From assembly GCA_020627785.1 (NCBI GenBank), contig JAHDGF010000004.1, forward strand, positions 58,352 to 122,351: a stretch of DNA of 64,000 bases. The letters run 5' to 3'. Below the pieces are notes generated by a model. The model saw only the letters and a list, made by a program, of their open reading frames with translations. It did no database searches and was not told where the DNA came from. Below, piece by piece: positions 7,121-17,138 of this stretch; position 1 is the first letter of the stretch; each line of letters opens with the position of its first letter. Position numbers and translations under genes: made by a program. The stretch is from Saprospiraceae bacterium (GTDB taxonomy: Bacteria; Bacteroidota; Bacteroidia; Chitinophagales; Saprospiraceae).

Positions 7121-9847
7121 ATGAAAATTCAATTGATTTTGGCGGGCCTATTGTTAAGCTTTCAAGCTGTTATCCTAGGTCAAGAATTGCCAGAAGATTT
7201 TTACATTACTGAATTCGATTTCACTTTGGATCGACCTGTTGGGATGAGATTTATGGACAATGGAGCTTCTTTCATTTTTGGGAAGAAGGGAATTGTTTGG
7301 GCATTGGATAGTCTAGGTAAATTGCAGCAGGATCCTGTTCTGGATATTTCTGAAGAAGTTACCGATTGGAGTGACCATGGATTGGTGAGCATGGCTTTGG
7401 ATCCAGACTTTCCTGAACAGCCATATCTATATCTTTATTATACAGTAGACCGGCACTATTTATTGAATTATGGAACTTCAGACTACGACTCCAAACTCGA
7501 TATTTATAATCAAGCCTCCATTGGCAGAGTTTCCAGATTTGAAGTAGTCTTTGAAGATGGCAAAGTGATCGGAGATGTTTCAAGTAAGAAAGTAATTTTT
7601 GGGAAAAATTGGGATGATGGTACGCCGATATTAATGGGTTCGCATGCAGTAGGTTCTGTAGTGTTTGGAGGAGATGGGTCGATGTTGATTAGCTGTGGAG
7701 ATGCCGGATCTTACACGGAGATTGATATGGGCAATGCTGCGGATACATTTCATGAACAAGGAATAGAGGATGAAATTATAACAGAGGACGAAAACATTGG
7801 TGCTTATCGAGCGATGTTGAAGAATAGCTTGGCTGGTAAAATTCTCAGAATTGATCCTGAGACAGGGGAGGGGATTTCTAATAATCCTTTTTATGAAGCG
7901 GATAATCCTAATTCGAAAAGATCAAAAGTCTGGGCTATGGGCCTTAGGAATCCCTATAAATTTATTTATATCGATGGAACATCAGCACATGAAGATGACG
8001 GAGATTTTCCTGGGAAGTTTTTACTTGGAGATGTAGGATCTTCATTTTATGAGGAACTAAATTTAATCGATGAGCCTGGTCAATGGTTTGGTTGGCCCAA
8101 ATTTGAAGGTGTAGATGGAAATTGGTATTTCAAACAGACAAGTGTAAAAAACCCAGAAGCAGTTAACCCAAGATTTGAAGATAACTGCGGAGAAGAATTG
8201 TACTATTTCAAAGATTTAATCTTTGATGAGAATGAGTCAGATAGTTATATTTTTAATCTGCCCTGTGATGGAGTAACTCCAATGCCTGAGGATTTTCCAC
8301 GCTTTGTGCATAGACGACCTATACTAGCATATAGTAATGATTTATGGAATCCTCCAGCGAAGACCAAGATCCCTTCTTATGACGTAGAAGGTAAGGCCAT
8401 TAATTTAAGTGCCGACGATCCATTGGCTAATATCAGTGGAGAATTAATTGAAGGGGGATCTATTATGCCAGGAGATTTTAGTACTTATGATTATTTTCCG
8501 GATGAGTACAGAAATCGATTATTTATGGTTGATTATCATGGTTGGATAAACACCATTGGTTTTAATGAAGATTATATGGTCAATGAGGTTCGACGATTTG
8601 CAGTCCTAAATAGCATAGGGATTACTGATCTCCAGTTTAATCCTAGCACGGGTCAATTGTATTATGTTGATTTTGCAAAAGGGAAAATTCACACCATAGA
8701 ATATGGCGGAACTAGACCACCCCGAGCGACGATTAAAGTTGATAAAAGCTTTGGATTGAGTCCGCTTACGGTCAATTTCGATGCTTCGTCTTCTACGGTT
8801 TTTGATGGAAGTGTAGTTTCATATTTCTGGGAATTTGGTGACGGGGAATTTAGTGATGAGGAGAAGCCAATTCATACTTTTGAACAAGACGGGAATACCA
8901 TTAATAATTTTGAAGTACGCCTGATGGTAACAGATAGCAGTGGAGGAACAGATGATGCCAGTCTTTTAATTTCCTTAAACAATACTCCTCCATTGGTTGA
9001 GATTACTTCTTTGTCTGATGGTGATTATTATAGTATTTCAACAACTAACATTTTACCGCTCAAGGCAAATGTATCTGACTCTGAGCACAATGAAGAAGAA
9101 CTTGAATACCGATGGCAGGTTGTTCTTCATCATGATGATCATACGCATCCTGGGCCTATTAATTCTGAAGAAGAATCTTTAGCGCTGCTCGAACCTGCCG
9201 GGTGTGGTCAAGAAACTTTTTTCTATTCCGTAATTCTAGAAGTAGAAGATTTGGATGGATTAATCGGAAGAGATAGCCTTGGTTTACAGCCCTATTGTGG
9301 CGATGCAATAACTGACATATTAAATCTAGAGGCAAACTATAGTCCTGATGGCGTTTTGCTAAATTGGGAAGAAGGACTCATTGGAGAAGTGGACTATTAT
9401 ATCGTAGAACACACAGTAGATTTTAATTTTGTAGAAATTGGAAGAGTGGATGCCTCATCTCAGAGTAATTACGAATATTTGCATGACAATGCAGAAAATG
9501 GTCTTCACTATTATCGAATTCGGGCTATAAGTAAATCTGGAGCTCCAGATTATTCTAATGTGGTGAACATTAATTATGTACAAAGCTTTAGTTACATAAT
9601 TGCTCCTAATCCAGTTCAGAGATATCTACTGGTGAAGATTCAACATCAAGAAATTAAAAGCTTGGTTTTTGAGATTTTTACGATGGATGGTGCTTTGGTA
9701 AAGAGTTACAGCAATTACGATTTTACAAATGAACAAGTCCAAAATTTTGACTTTAATCTAGATGTTTCAGAATTAGCTTCGGCTCCTTATGTGTATCGGT
9801 TAAAAGTGAATGGAGAGATTAGTTCAGGGCGAGTTATAAAATTTTAA
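7121..9847 (+). CDS. PQQ-dependent sugar dehydrogenase-like beta-propeller fused to PKD domain(s) and a T9SS C-terminal sorting domain
   Basis: Signal peptide present. Glucose/sorbosone-dehydrogenase motifs (GLVSMALDPDF, HAVGSVVFGGDGSMLISCGDAG, GKILRIDPETGEG..NPF, VWAMGLRNPYKF). PKD signature (FDASSS..YFWEFGDGEFSDEEKPIHTF..VRLMVTDSSG). CTD (IIAPNPVQRYLLVKI...YVYRLKVNGEISSGRVIKF). Confidence 0.8.
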   Translation: MKIQLILAGLLLSFQAVILGQELPEDFYITEFDFTLDRPVGMRFMDNGASFIFGKKGIVWALDSLGKLQQDPVLDISEEVTDWSDHGLVSMALDPDFPEQPYLYLYYTVDRHYLLNYGTSDYDSKLDIYNQASIGRVSRFEVVFEDGKVIGDVSSKKVIFGKNWDDGTPILMGSHAVGSVVFGGDGSMLISCGDAGSYTEIDMGNAADTFHEQGIEDEIITEDENIGAYRAMLKNSLAGKILRIDPETGEGISNNPFYEADNPNSKRSKVWAMGLRNPYKFIYIDGTSAHEDDGDFPGKFLLGDVGSSFYEELNLIDEPGQWFGWPKFEGVDGNWYFKQTSVKNPEAVNPRFEDNCGEELYYFKDLIFDENESDSYIFNLPCDGVTPMPEDFPRFVHRRPILAYSNDLWNPPAKTKIPSYDVEGKAINLSADDPLANISGELIEGGSIMPGDFSTYDYFPDEYRNRLFMVDYHGWINTIGFNEDYMVNEVRRFAVLNSIGITDLQFNPSTGQLYYVDFAKGKIHTIEYGGTRPPRATIKVDKSFGLSPLTVNFDASSSTVFDGSVVSYFWEFGDGEFSDEEKPIHTFEQDGNTINNFEVRLMVTDSSGGTDDASLLISLNNTPPLVEITSLSDGDYYSISTTNILPLKANVSDSEHNEEELEYRWQVVLHHDDHTHPGPINSEEESLALLEPAGCGQETFFYSVILEVEDLDGLIGRDSLGLQPYCGDAITDILNLEANYSPDGVLLNWEEGLIGEVDYYIVEHTVDFNFVEIGRVDASSQSNYEYLHDNAENGLHYYRIRAISKSGAPDYSNVVNINYVQSFSYIIAPNPVQRYLLVKIQHQEIKSLVFEIFTMDGALVKSYSNYDFTNEQVQNFDFNLDVSELASAPYVYRLKVNGEISSGRVIKF

Positions 9848-9850
9848 GCT

Positions 9851-10750
9851 TTGAAAGAAACTGGATCGAAGAAAATAAAATCAATTGTTCAAGTTCTCGC
9901 TCAAAGCCAGAATGGTCAGGAAATTGATGAAGTAGTTTTTAGAAGGGAGGAATACGATGTCGATGGGCGTCAGGTAATGGTTGAGCAGTGTGATGTAGAT
10001 GGCCAAAGGATTGAGAAGAATGAATACTTTTATAAAAATGGATTTCTTGTCAGGGAAATCAGTACATCCGAAAATAAGAGTGTTGAAATTGAATATTCCT
10101 ATCAGAATAACTTACTGGTAGTTCAAGTAGAAAAATTATCGGCAGAGGATTATTTAGAAACAAGTTATAGCTATAACGCCAAAGAAGAGTTGATCGGTTC
10201 TGTTGAAAAAGACGGAACTGGCAAAGTATATTCTCGAGAAGTCATAAAAGGCGATGCACTTAAAACTACAATTGATCTTTATTTTGAGGAAGAATTGTAT
10301 GAGACGGATATCTTTCATTACGATGAAAGAGGGAACGAAATAAGACAGATTAATATTAAGTACGCTCCAGATGAAGAGATACTAGAAGCTCAGGAAGTAA
10401 AGACTGAAACATTTAGAGAATATGATTCTCAAGATCGAGAAATTTCTTTGAAGGTAGAGCGTTCTGAGAAAATTGTATATCAATCGCAAACACGATTTGA
10501 TTCAAATGGGAATCTCATTTTAGTAGAATATATGGATGCAGAAGATGATTTTGATACGCGAATTGAAAGGACTTATAATTTAGAAAGTCAGGTGACTCAA
10601 GAAAAAATTTTTCAAAATAATGAGTTGATGCAAACTTCTATTTTTAGTTATAATTTGAATGGAGATAAAGTGAAAATTGCAATAAGTCAAAAAACTGAAT
10701 CAGATGCAATGTTTAGATATGAATATAGATATTCTTACACTTATTTTTAA
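9851..10750 (+). CDS. hypothetical protein with degenerate YD/RHS-like beta-hairpin repeats, no signal peptide
   Basis: The ORF begins with TTG, 3 nt after the upstream stop. Repeats include EEYDVDGRQVMVE, FHYDERGNEIRQINIKY, TRFDSNGNLILVEY and FSYNLNGDKVKIAI. The start codon is uncertain; the first ATG is 42 codons in. Confidence 0.5.
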   Translation: MKETGSKKIKSIVQVLAQSQNGQEIDEVVFRREEYDVDGRQVMVEQCDVDGQRIEKNEYFYKNGFLVREISTSENKSVEIEYSYQNNLLVVQVEKLSAEDYLETSYSYNAKEELIGSVEKDGTGKVYSREVIKGDALKTTIDLYFEEELYETDIFHYDERGNEIRQINIKYAPDEEILEAQEVKTETFREYDSQDREISLKVERSEKIVYQSQTRFDSNGNLILVEYMDAEDDFDTRIERTYNLESQVTQEKIFQNNELMQTSIFSYNLNGDKVKIAISQKTESDAMFRYEYRYSYTYF

Positions 10751-11517
10751 TCTCCCTTAATATCCTCTACGAATTTTTTTATTCCAAGCACACCATCTTT
10801 TTCTAGACTTCTAATAAAAGCACTCCCGATAATTGCTCCATTTGCATTTTTTGCTGCTGCATCAAAAGTATCTTTGTCATGAATTCCAAAACCTATAAGA
10901 CGAGGAGCTTTCAGATCTAATTCATTTAGACTTTCAAAGTACCTTTGTTGGTTCTCACTTACGCCAGAAATATTTCCTGTTATACTTGACTTAGAAACAA
11001 CATATAAAAAGGCAGTGCTGAGTTTATCTGCTTGTTGTATTCTTTCTTTACTAGTCTCAGGTGTAACTAAGAAGGTCATTTTTAATCCTCTCGTTGCAAG
11101 TTTTTCTAGAACCTTTGATTCATAGTATTCCATCGGTATGTCAGGAATGATTAATCCATCAATTCCTGAATCCACACAATTGTCTAAAAAATTATCTAAG
11201 CCATATTGTAAAAGTTGATTTAAATATCCCATTAACATGATTGGGATTTGAGTTTTATTTCTTGCTGATTTGACTTGTTCAAATAATAAGTCTAGGTGCA
11301 TTCCGTTTTTCAATGCGATGGCAGAGGATTTTTGGATGGTCGTTCCATCAGCTAATGGATCAGAGTAGGGCATCCCTAATTCTATTAAATCTGTACCTGA
11401 ATTTTCAAGAGTACATATAATTTCTTCAACGCTGTTCAAAGTTGGATGACCTGCAGTAAAGTAAATGTTGAGAATGTTCTTTTTCTTTTTGCTAAACAGT
11501 TTTTCTATCCTATTCAT
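10747..11517 (-). CDS. trpA: tryptophan synthase alpha chain
   Basis: Motifs ELGMPYSDPLADGTTIQ and GFGI, about 256 aa, last gene of the trp operon. Its start overlaps the trpB stop by 8 nt. Confidence 0.95.
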   Translation of the reverse strand: MNRIEKLFSKKKKNILNIYFTAGHPTLNSVEEIICTLENSGTDLIELGMPYSDPLADGTTIQKSSAIALKNGMHLDLLFEQVKSARNKTQIPIMLMGYLNQLLQYGLDNFLDNCVDSGIDGLIIPDIPMEYYESKVLEKLATRGLKMTFLVTPETSKERIQQADKLSTAFLYVVSKSSITGNISGVSENQQRYFESLNELDLKAPRLIGFGIHDKDTFDAAAKNANGAIIGSAFIRSLEKDGVLGIKKFVEDIKGD

Positions 11518-12718
11518 CGTGCATTCTTTCCGGTTGATATTCCAAGTAATTGTTTAGGTCTTTGTCGCCTCTGCCAGACAGGTTAATGACTGTTACATCT
11601 GATGGAAGTAAATTCATTTTTGGTAGAATGGCCAGTGCATGAGCAGTTTCAAGAGCTGGAATAATTCCCTCCGTTTTCGTTATATGAAATGCGGCTTCAA
11701 TGGCCTCTTGATCTGTTGCTGCATAAACTTCAGCTCTTTTACTTTTGATAAGGTGCGCATGCATTGGGCCTATTCCTGGGTAATCTAGCCCTGCTGAGAT
11801 CGAATGTGGTTCTATGATTTGACCATATTTATCTTGCATAAGTAAAGTCATGGAACCGTGAATAACTCCCTGAGAACCTAAGATTGAGGTAGCGGCAGAT
11901 TTTCCAGAATTAATACCTTCTCCAGCAGCTTCAACGAGAACGAGCTTAACTTCTTCATTCTCTAAGTAATGGTAAAAAGCCCCTGCCGCATTACTTCCAC
12001 CTCCAACACAGGCAACGATGTAGTTTGGATTCTCACTTCCTGTTTTTGCTTTAAGTTGGACTTTCATTTCTTCACTAATGACTGCCTGGAAGTAGGCAAC
12101 CATGTCAGGGTAGGGATGTGGGCCCACAACTGATCCAATGATATAATGCGTGTCATTCGGATTATTAATCCAATCTCTAATCGCTTCGTTTGTTGCGTCC
12201 TTTAAGGTTTTACTTCCTGATAAGGCTGGGCGCACCTCCGCTCCAAGCATTTTCATTCTTTGGACATTGGGAGCTTGCCTGGCGATATCAATTTCACCCA
12301 TATAAACAATACACTTTAATCCCATCAAGGCACAGACGGTAGCAGTAGCTACTCCATGTTGCCCGGCACCAGTTTCAGCAATGATTCTCTTTTTACCTAA
12401 CCTCTGTGCCAAAAGAATCTGTCCAATGGTGTTGTTAATTTTATGCGCTCCAGTATGACAAAGGTCTTCTCTTTTGAAATATATTTTAGTATTTAATTCG
12501 TTTGATAATCTTTTGGCGAAATATAGAGGAGTAGGTCTACCCACGTAATCCCTTAGTAAAGACTTTAGCTCTAATTGAAAATCTGTTTCTTCAATTATTT
12601 GTTGGTAGTTTCTTTTTAGATTATCAACATTTGCGTAAAGCATTTCTGGAATAAAAGCACCTCCAAATTCTCCATAATATCCTTCGTCTGTTGCCGCATA
12701 TTTACCTTTGCTATTCAT
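11510..12718 (-). CDS. trpB: tryptophan synthase beta chain
   Basis: PLP-lysine motif (LCHTGAHKINN), GGGSNAAG and YFKREDL. Confidence 0.97.
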   Translation of the reverse strand: MNSKGKYAATDEGYYGEFGGAFIPEMLYANVDNLKRNYQQIIEETDFQLELKSLLRDYVGRPTPLYFAKRLSNELNTKIYFKREDLCHTGAHKINNTIGQILLAQRLGKKRIIAETGAGQHGVATATVCALMGLKCIVYMGEIDIARQAPNVQRMKMLGAEVRPALSGSKTLKDATNEAIRDWINNPNDTHYIIGSVVGPHPYPDMVAYFQAVISEEMKVQLKAKTGSENPNYIVACVGGGSNAAGAFYHYLENEEVKLVLVEAAGEGINSGKSAATSILGSQGVIHGSMTLLMQDKYGQIIEPHSISAGLDYPGIGPMHAHLIKSKRAEVYAATDQEAIEAAFHITKTEGIIPALETAHALAILPKMNLLPSDVTVINLSGRGDKDLNNYLEYQPERMHDE

Positions 12719-13328
12719 GGTTCTCTAATAGTTTTATAAATTCTTGGATGAGGTTTATATTTTTGATACCAGGTTCAGTTTCAAATTTTGAATTTAAATC
12801 CAAACCATAAAATTTTGGATGATTAATTTGTTGAATTGCATCTAGATCATTCATTGAAATTCCACCCGCTAAAAAGAATGGGGTAGATCCAGTATAGTTA
12901 TTTAAGAGTCTCCAATCAAATTTTAACCCAGATCCCCCTTTCAATTTAGATTTTGTGTCAAATAAAAAATAGTCGCAATCTGTATATTGATGAATATTGT
13001 TAAAATCTTCTTCCGATTTTATTGGGAAGACCTTTATTACTTTTACCTCTTTCTTTACTGTTAAGACATATTCTGGTGATTCATCTCCATGGAGTTGAAC
13101 ATAACTTAAACCATAAATTTTTACCATGTCCAATAAATATCTGAGTCTAGCATCTACAAAAACACCCACCTTTGGGATTTTATTAAAGGTGCTTAAACGG
13201 AATGCTTGTGTATGGTCAACAAGTCTTTTTGATTTATGATAAAAGTTAAGGCCAATGTAGTCTATCTGGATCGAAGAGATTTCTTGGATGTTATCTGGTA
13301 ATCTCAAGCCACAAATTTTAATTTTCAT
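12711..13328 (-). CDS. trpF: phosphoribosylanthranilate isomerase
   Basis: MKIKICGL N-terminus, LAGGI motif, 205 aa, positioned between trpC and trpB. Confidence 0.9.
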   Translation of the reverse strand: MKIKICGLRLPDNIQEISSIQIDYIGLNFYHKSKRLVDHTQAFRLSTFNKIPKVGVFVDARLRYLLDMVKIYGLSYVQLHGDESPEYVLTVKKEVKVIKVFPIKSEEDFNNIHQYTDCDYFLFDTKSKLKGGSGLKFDWRLLNNYTGSTPFFLAGGISMNDLDAIQQINHPKFYGLDLNSKFETEPGIKNINLIQEFIKLLENHE

Positions 13329-14106
13329 TATGTGTGGATTTCAATAGTGATTGAATGGTATTGCTTGGATTGTTTTCTTTCATTAAGTATTCTCCAATCA
13401 AACAGGCTTTGAATCCTGCATGAATAGAATCCTTGAATGCTTCCATTGAGTTTATTCCGCTTTCTGAAATTTTTAATTTATTTTCAGGTAAATCACCAAA
13501 GATTTCAATGGCATACCTATAGTCTACTTTAAAGGTTTTTAAGTTTCTATTGTTTACCCCTAAAATATTAATTTCTTCAGGCATTTTAAGAAGTTCTTCA
13601 GGGTCATGGATTTCATACAAAACTTCTAAATCTAACGAATGAGCCAGATGGACTAATTCAGATGCTATTGATTTTTCCAAGCAATGTGCGATGAGTAGAA
13701 TTAGATCTGCTCCATAAGACTTTGCTTCATGTATTTGGTAAGGATCGATGATGAAGTCTTTCCTCAATAGAGGCAGGGAAGTCATTGATCGTACATTTTT
13801 TAAATCAGATAGACTTCCTTGAAAGTATTTATTATCTGTTAGCACCGAGATGGCAGCTGCCCCACCTTCGATGTAGCTTGGAATTATATGAGAAGGTTGC
13901 GCGTCTTTTTTTATGTTGTTTACTGATGGAGATTTTCTTTTAAATTCTGAAATGATTGAACCGGAGTTCTCTGTGAGTTGAATTGATAAGGATTGTCCTT
14001 TTCTATTGTAAAGTTCGGAGTCTTTCAATTGATGGAGGCTCACTTTCTTTTTGGATAGTTCAATTTCCGACTTTTTGTATGCTACGATTTCATCTAAAAT
14101 ATTCAT
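13318..14106 (-). CDS. trpC: indole-3-glycerol-phosphate synthase
   Basis: IISEFKRKSPS motif, LRKDFIIDPYQI and GVNNRNL. Confidence 0.93.
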   Translation of the reverse strand: MNILDEIVAYKKSEIELSKKKVSLHQLKDSELYNRKGQSLSIQLTENSGSIISEFKRKSPSVNNIKKDAQPSHIIPSYIEGGAAAISVLTDNKYFQGSLSDLKNVRSMTSLPLLRKDFIIDPYQIHEAKSYGADLILLIAHCLEKSIASELVHLAHSLDLEVLYEIHDPEELLKMPEEINILGVNNRNLKTFKVDYRYAIEIFGDLPENKLKISESGINSMEAFKDSIHAGFKACLIGEYLMKENNPSNTIQSLLKSTHNEN

Positions 14107-15104
14107 GCTGCTTGACTAATTTCGATGATTTTAACAAAAGCATTAAATGCCTTACCTGATGATAAACTTTCCTCTGCTTCAGCCCAACAGTCTTCAATTG
14201 ATTTCTGGGGGTCGAAGGTCTGAATGGCTAAGGCAGCATTTGCAAGTACAACATTCTTATGTGCTTGAGTAGATTTGTTTTTTAGTACAGTGATGAAAAT
14301 ATCGCAAGCCTCTTCTATGGTATTGCCGCCATGGATTTGTTCTAATTTTAAAACATCCGTGTTGAAAAAGGAGTGGTCAATATGTCGAATCCCCTTTCTA
14401 TTAAATACCTGTGCCTTATCTGTCAATGAAATTTCATCAAATCCAGAAAGTCCAAATACAATGTTGAATTCTATTTCAGAATCTTCTAGTAGGTACTGAT
14501 AAATTCTTTGTAGGTGGAGACTGAATACTCCGGTCATTTGATGATTGGGTTGAGCAGGGTTTACCAATGGACCTAGCATATTAAAGAAAGTTTTGATCCC
14601 TAATTGTTTTCTGATCGGCCCAACGAATTTCATGGCTGGATGAAAAAGTGGGGCATGTAAAAAGCATATTTTCGCCTCCGCTAGTTGTTGCTCAAGAATT
14701 GATTTTTCATTAGAGAATTTATAGCCCAAGCTTTCTAAGACATTGGAGCTTCCGCACACAGATGATACTCCATAGTTGCCATGCTTGGTAACGAGATAAC
14801 CAGCTCCAGCAACTACTAAAGACGTAAGGGTAGAAATGTTGAATGTGTTTTTACCATCCCCGCCTGTGCCACATAAATCAATCGCATTGATTTCTCCAAA
14901 ATCCATAGGTACCCTAAGTTCGAGTAATGCTTCACGAAATCCTTTCAATTCCTCGACAGAGATATTCCGCATTAAGAAGACACTAATAAAGGCGGCAACT
15001 TGAGCTTCATTATGTTTGCCTTCAGATATCTCGGTCAAGATAGATTTAGCCTCTTTGGAAGTGAGGCTGTTGTGATTAAATAAATGATTGAGTAAATCCT
15101 TCAT
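14103..15104 (-). CDS. trpD: anthranilate phosphoribosyltransferase
   Basis: DLCGTGGDGKNTFNIST and KHGN motifs, 333 aa. Confidence 0.95.
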   Translation of the reverse strand: MKDLLNHLFNHNSLTSKEAKSILTEISEGKHNEAQVAAFISVFLMRNISVEELKGFREALLELRVPMDFGEINAIDLCGTGGDGKNTFNISTLTSLVVAGAGYLVTKHGNYGVSSVCGSSNVLESLGYKFSNEKSILEQQLAEAKICFLHAPLFHPAMKFVGPIRKQLGIKTFFNMLGPLVNPAQPNHQMTGVFSLHLQRIYQYLLEDSEIEFNIVFGLSGFDEISLTDKAQVFNRKGIRHIDHSFFNTDVLKLEQIHGGNTIEEACDIFITVLKNKSTQAHKNVVLANAALAIQTFDPQKSIEDCWAEAEESLSSGKAFNAFVKIIEISQAA

Positions 15105-15105
15105 T

Positions 15106-15678
15106 TTATACCTTTAGAAAGTTTTCAATAATTTTATTTCCATCAGGGGTGAGGATGGATTCTGGATGAAATTGAACTCCATATATAGGGAGTGTTTTAT
15201 GCTGTATGCCCATAATCTGTCCAGCATTATCTTCGCAAGTTATTTCTAGTTCAGTAGGCAAACTTTCTTTTGTTCCTGCCCACGAATGATATCTGCCAGC
15301 TTCAAAGGGTGAGTTGATGTCATTAAATAAAGGACAGGTGTTATTTTTAATAATCATCGAAGTGGCAACTCCATGAAATACTTGATCTAGGTTCTGTATT
15401 TTACCTTGAAATGATTCATAAATTGCTTGGTGACCTAAACAAACTCCTAACATCTTTTTAGAATTAGCATATTGTGTTATAATCTCTTTCATTAAACCTG
15501 CTTCATCAGGGACCCCAGGTCCTGGTGAGAATATCAGATATTCGAAAGCCTCTACTTCAGAAAGCTTTAGTTTATCATTCCTTTTTACGACAACTTCATC
15601 ACCCGTAATGTCATGTATGGCATGGACTAGATTGTAGGTAAAGGAATCGTAATTATCTATGAGTAAAATATTGTTCAT
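15106..15678 (-). CDS. trpG: anthranilate synthase component II (glutamine amidotransferase)
   Basis: Class-I GATase triad context (GVCLGHQ, QFHPES), 190 aa, immediately after trpE. Confidence 0.9.
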   Translation of the reverse strand: MNNILLIDNYDSFTYNLVHAIHDITGDEVVVKRNDKLKLSEVEAFEYLIFSPGPGVPDEAGLMKEIITQYANSKKMLGVCLGHQAIYESFQGKIQNLDQVFHGVATSMIIKNNTCPLFNDINSPFEAGRYHSWAGTKESLPTELEITCEDNAGQIMGIQHKTLPIYGVQFHPESILTPDGNKIIENFLKV

Positions 15679-17067
15679 TTATATTTCCGTTGCAATTTCA
15701 AGTGCCTTGTTTAAGGCTGCTAATTTATGGTTTACTTCAGTCAATTCTTTTTCTTCTTGTGAGTCTATGACTATACCAGCTCCTGCTTGATAATGAAGCT
15801 TATTATTTTTACTTAAGAACGAGCGAATCATAATGGCATGATTCAAGTCTCCATTAAAAAATATGATTCCTAATCCTCCGCCGTAATATGATCTATGATG
15901 TTTCTCAAGGGAATCTATTATTTGTAGTGCTTTAATTTTAGGCGCACCAGATAGAGTACCTGCAGGGAAAGTATCTGCAAAAATTTTATAAGGATGGATT
16001 CCGTCCTTAACTTTTGCCGTTAATTTTGAAACGAGATGAATGACATGGCTGAAAAACTGAATGCTCTTATACTCCTTTACTTTTACATCACGAAGGTTTT
16101 TACTCAAATCGTTTCTAGCAAGATCTACCAGCATGACATGTTCTGAATTTTCTTTAGGATCTTTCTTAAGTTTTTGAGCCATTAACATATCTTGCTCAAA
16201 GTCACCTGTTCTTTGAAAGGTTCCTGCTATGGGATGAATTTCCGCTTCTCCATTTTGAACAATTAATTGTGCCTCTGGCGATGAGCCAAAAATCTTATAA
16301 TTGCCATAATCAAAATAGTAGAGGTATGGACTTGGGTTGATTGAACGTAGTGCTCTGTACACATTAAATTCATCCCCAGTAAAAGCAGTACTGAATCTTC
16401 TGGAAGGAACAATTTGAAATACATTTCCCTTATGGCAATGATCTTTACAGATGGTAACCATTTTCATAAATTCATCATCTGATATTTCCGATGTCTTTTC
16501 AGCCTTCGTATTGAATTTAAATGATTGGTCATTTTTGCCATCTAGCAATTGGATAAGCTCATCAATTTTTGATGGATCATTTGATGGAGTATTCTCAAGT
16601 ACATGAAGTTTTTGATAATAGTGATCGAAGACTAGAAGGTATCTATAAAAATCATATCGCAAGACTGGTATTTCATCTCTTGATTTTTCTTTATTGAGTT
16701 GGATGTCTTCAAAATATTCGATTGACTCGAAGCTAGAGAAACCGAATAAACCATTGTATTTCTCACTCAGTTCGCTTTCTTCTAATTTGAATGATTTCAT
16801 GAAATCTTCAATCCATTTTGCAACATTGAGCTTATGAATGTTGTGTTGAGACATGGTGTCACCCGCATAACTGATGGCTTTATGCTCTTCTAGTATAACT
16901 CCGGCTAATGGTTCAAAGCATAAGAACGAAAGACTATTCTCTTTACTTGAATAATCAGAACTCTCTAGCAACAATACTTGATTGTATTGCTGTCTTACTT
17001 TCAGAAACACACTAACGGGCGTGTGAAGATCAGAAATGATGGTTCGCGTATGTGCTTGTAATTTCAT
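15679..17067 (-). CDS. trpE: anthranilate synthase component I
   Basis: Chorismate-binding motifs (FPAGTLSGAPK, YGGGLG, LLESS near the N-terminus). Confidence 0.95.
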   Translation of the reverse strand: MKLQAHTRTIISDLHTPVSVFLKVRQQYNQVLLLESSDYSSKENSLSFLCFEPLAGVILEEHKAISYAGDTMSQHNIHKLNVAKWIEDFMKSFKLEESELSEKYNGLFGFSSFESIEYFEDIQLNKEKSRDEIPVLRYDFYRYLLVFDHYYQKLHVLENTPSNDPSKIDELIQLLDGKNDQSFKFNTKAEKTSEISDDEFMKMVTICKDHCHKGNVFQIVPSRRFSTAFTGDEFNVYRALRSINPSPYLYYFDYGNYKIFGSSPEAQLIVQNGEAEIHPIAGTFQRTGDFEQDMLMAQKLKKDPKENSEHVMLVDLARNDLSKNLRDVKVKEYKSIQFFSHVIHLVSKLTAKVKDGIHPYKIFADTFPAGTLSGAPKIKALQIIDSLEKHHRSYYGGGLGIIFFNGDLNHAIMIRSFLSKNNKLHYQAGAGIVIDSQEEKELTEVNHKLAALNKALEIATEI

Positions 17068-17072
17068 GATTT

Positions 17073-17115
17073 ATCAAAAGAAAAGCGGCTTGTCAGGAAT
17101 CCCAACAAGCCGCTT
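17073..17115 (-). terminator. strong intrinsic terminator 17 nt upstream of the trpE ATG (candidate trp attenuator; also ends asmA transcripts)
   Basis: Minus strand reads AAGCGGCUUGUUGGG-auu-CCUGACAAGCCGCUU. Stem is 15 bp: 11 perfect base pairs, then 2 G-U and 2 G-C. It is followed by UUUUCUUUUG. Confidence 0.7.
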
Positions 17116-17138
17116 ATTTATTTTAATATACAACGAGT

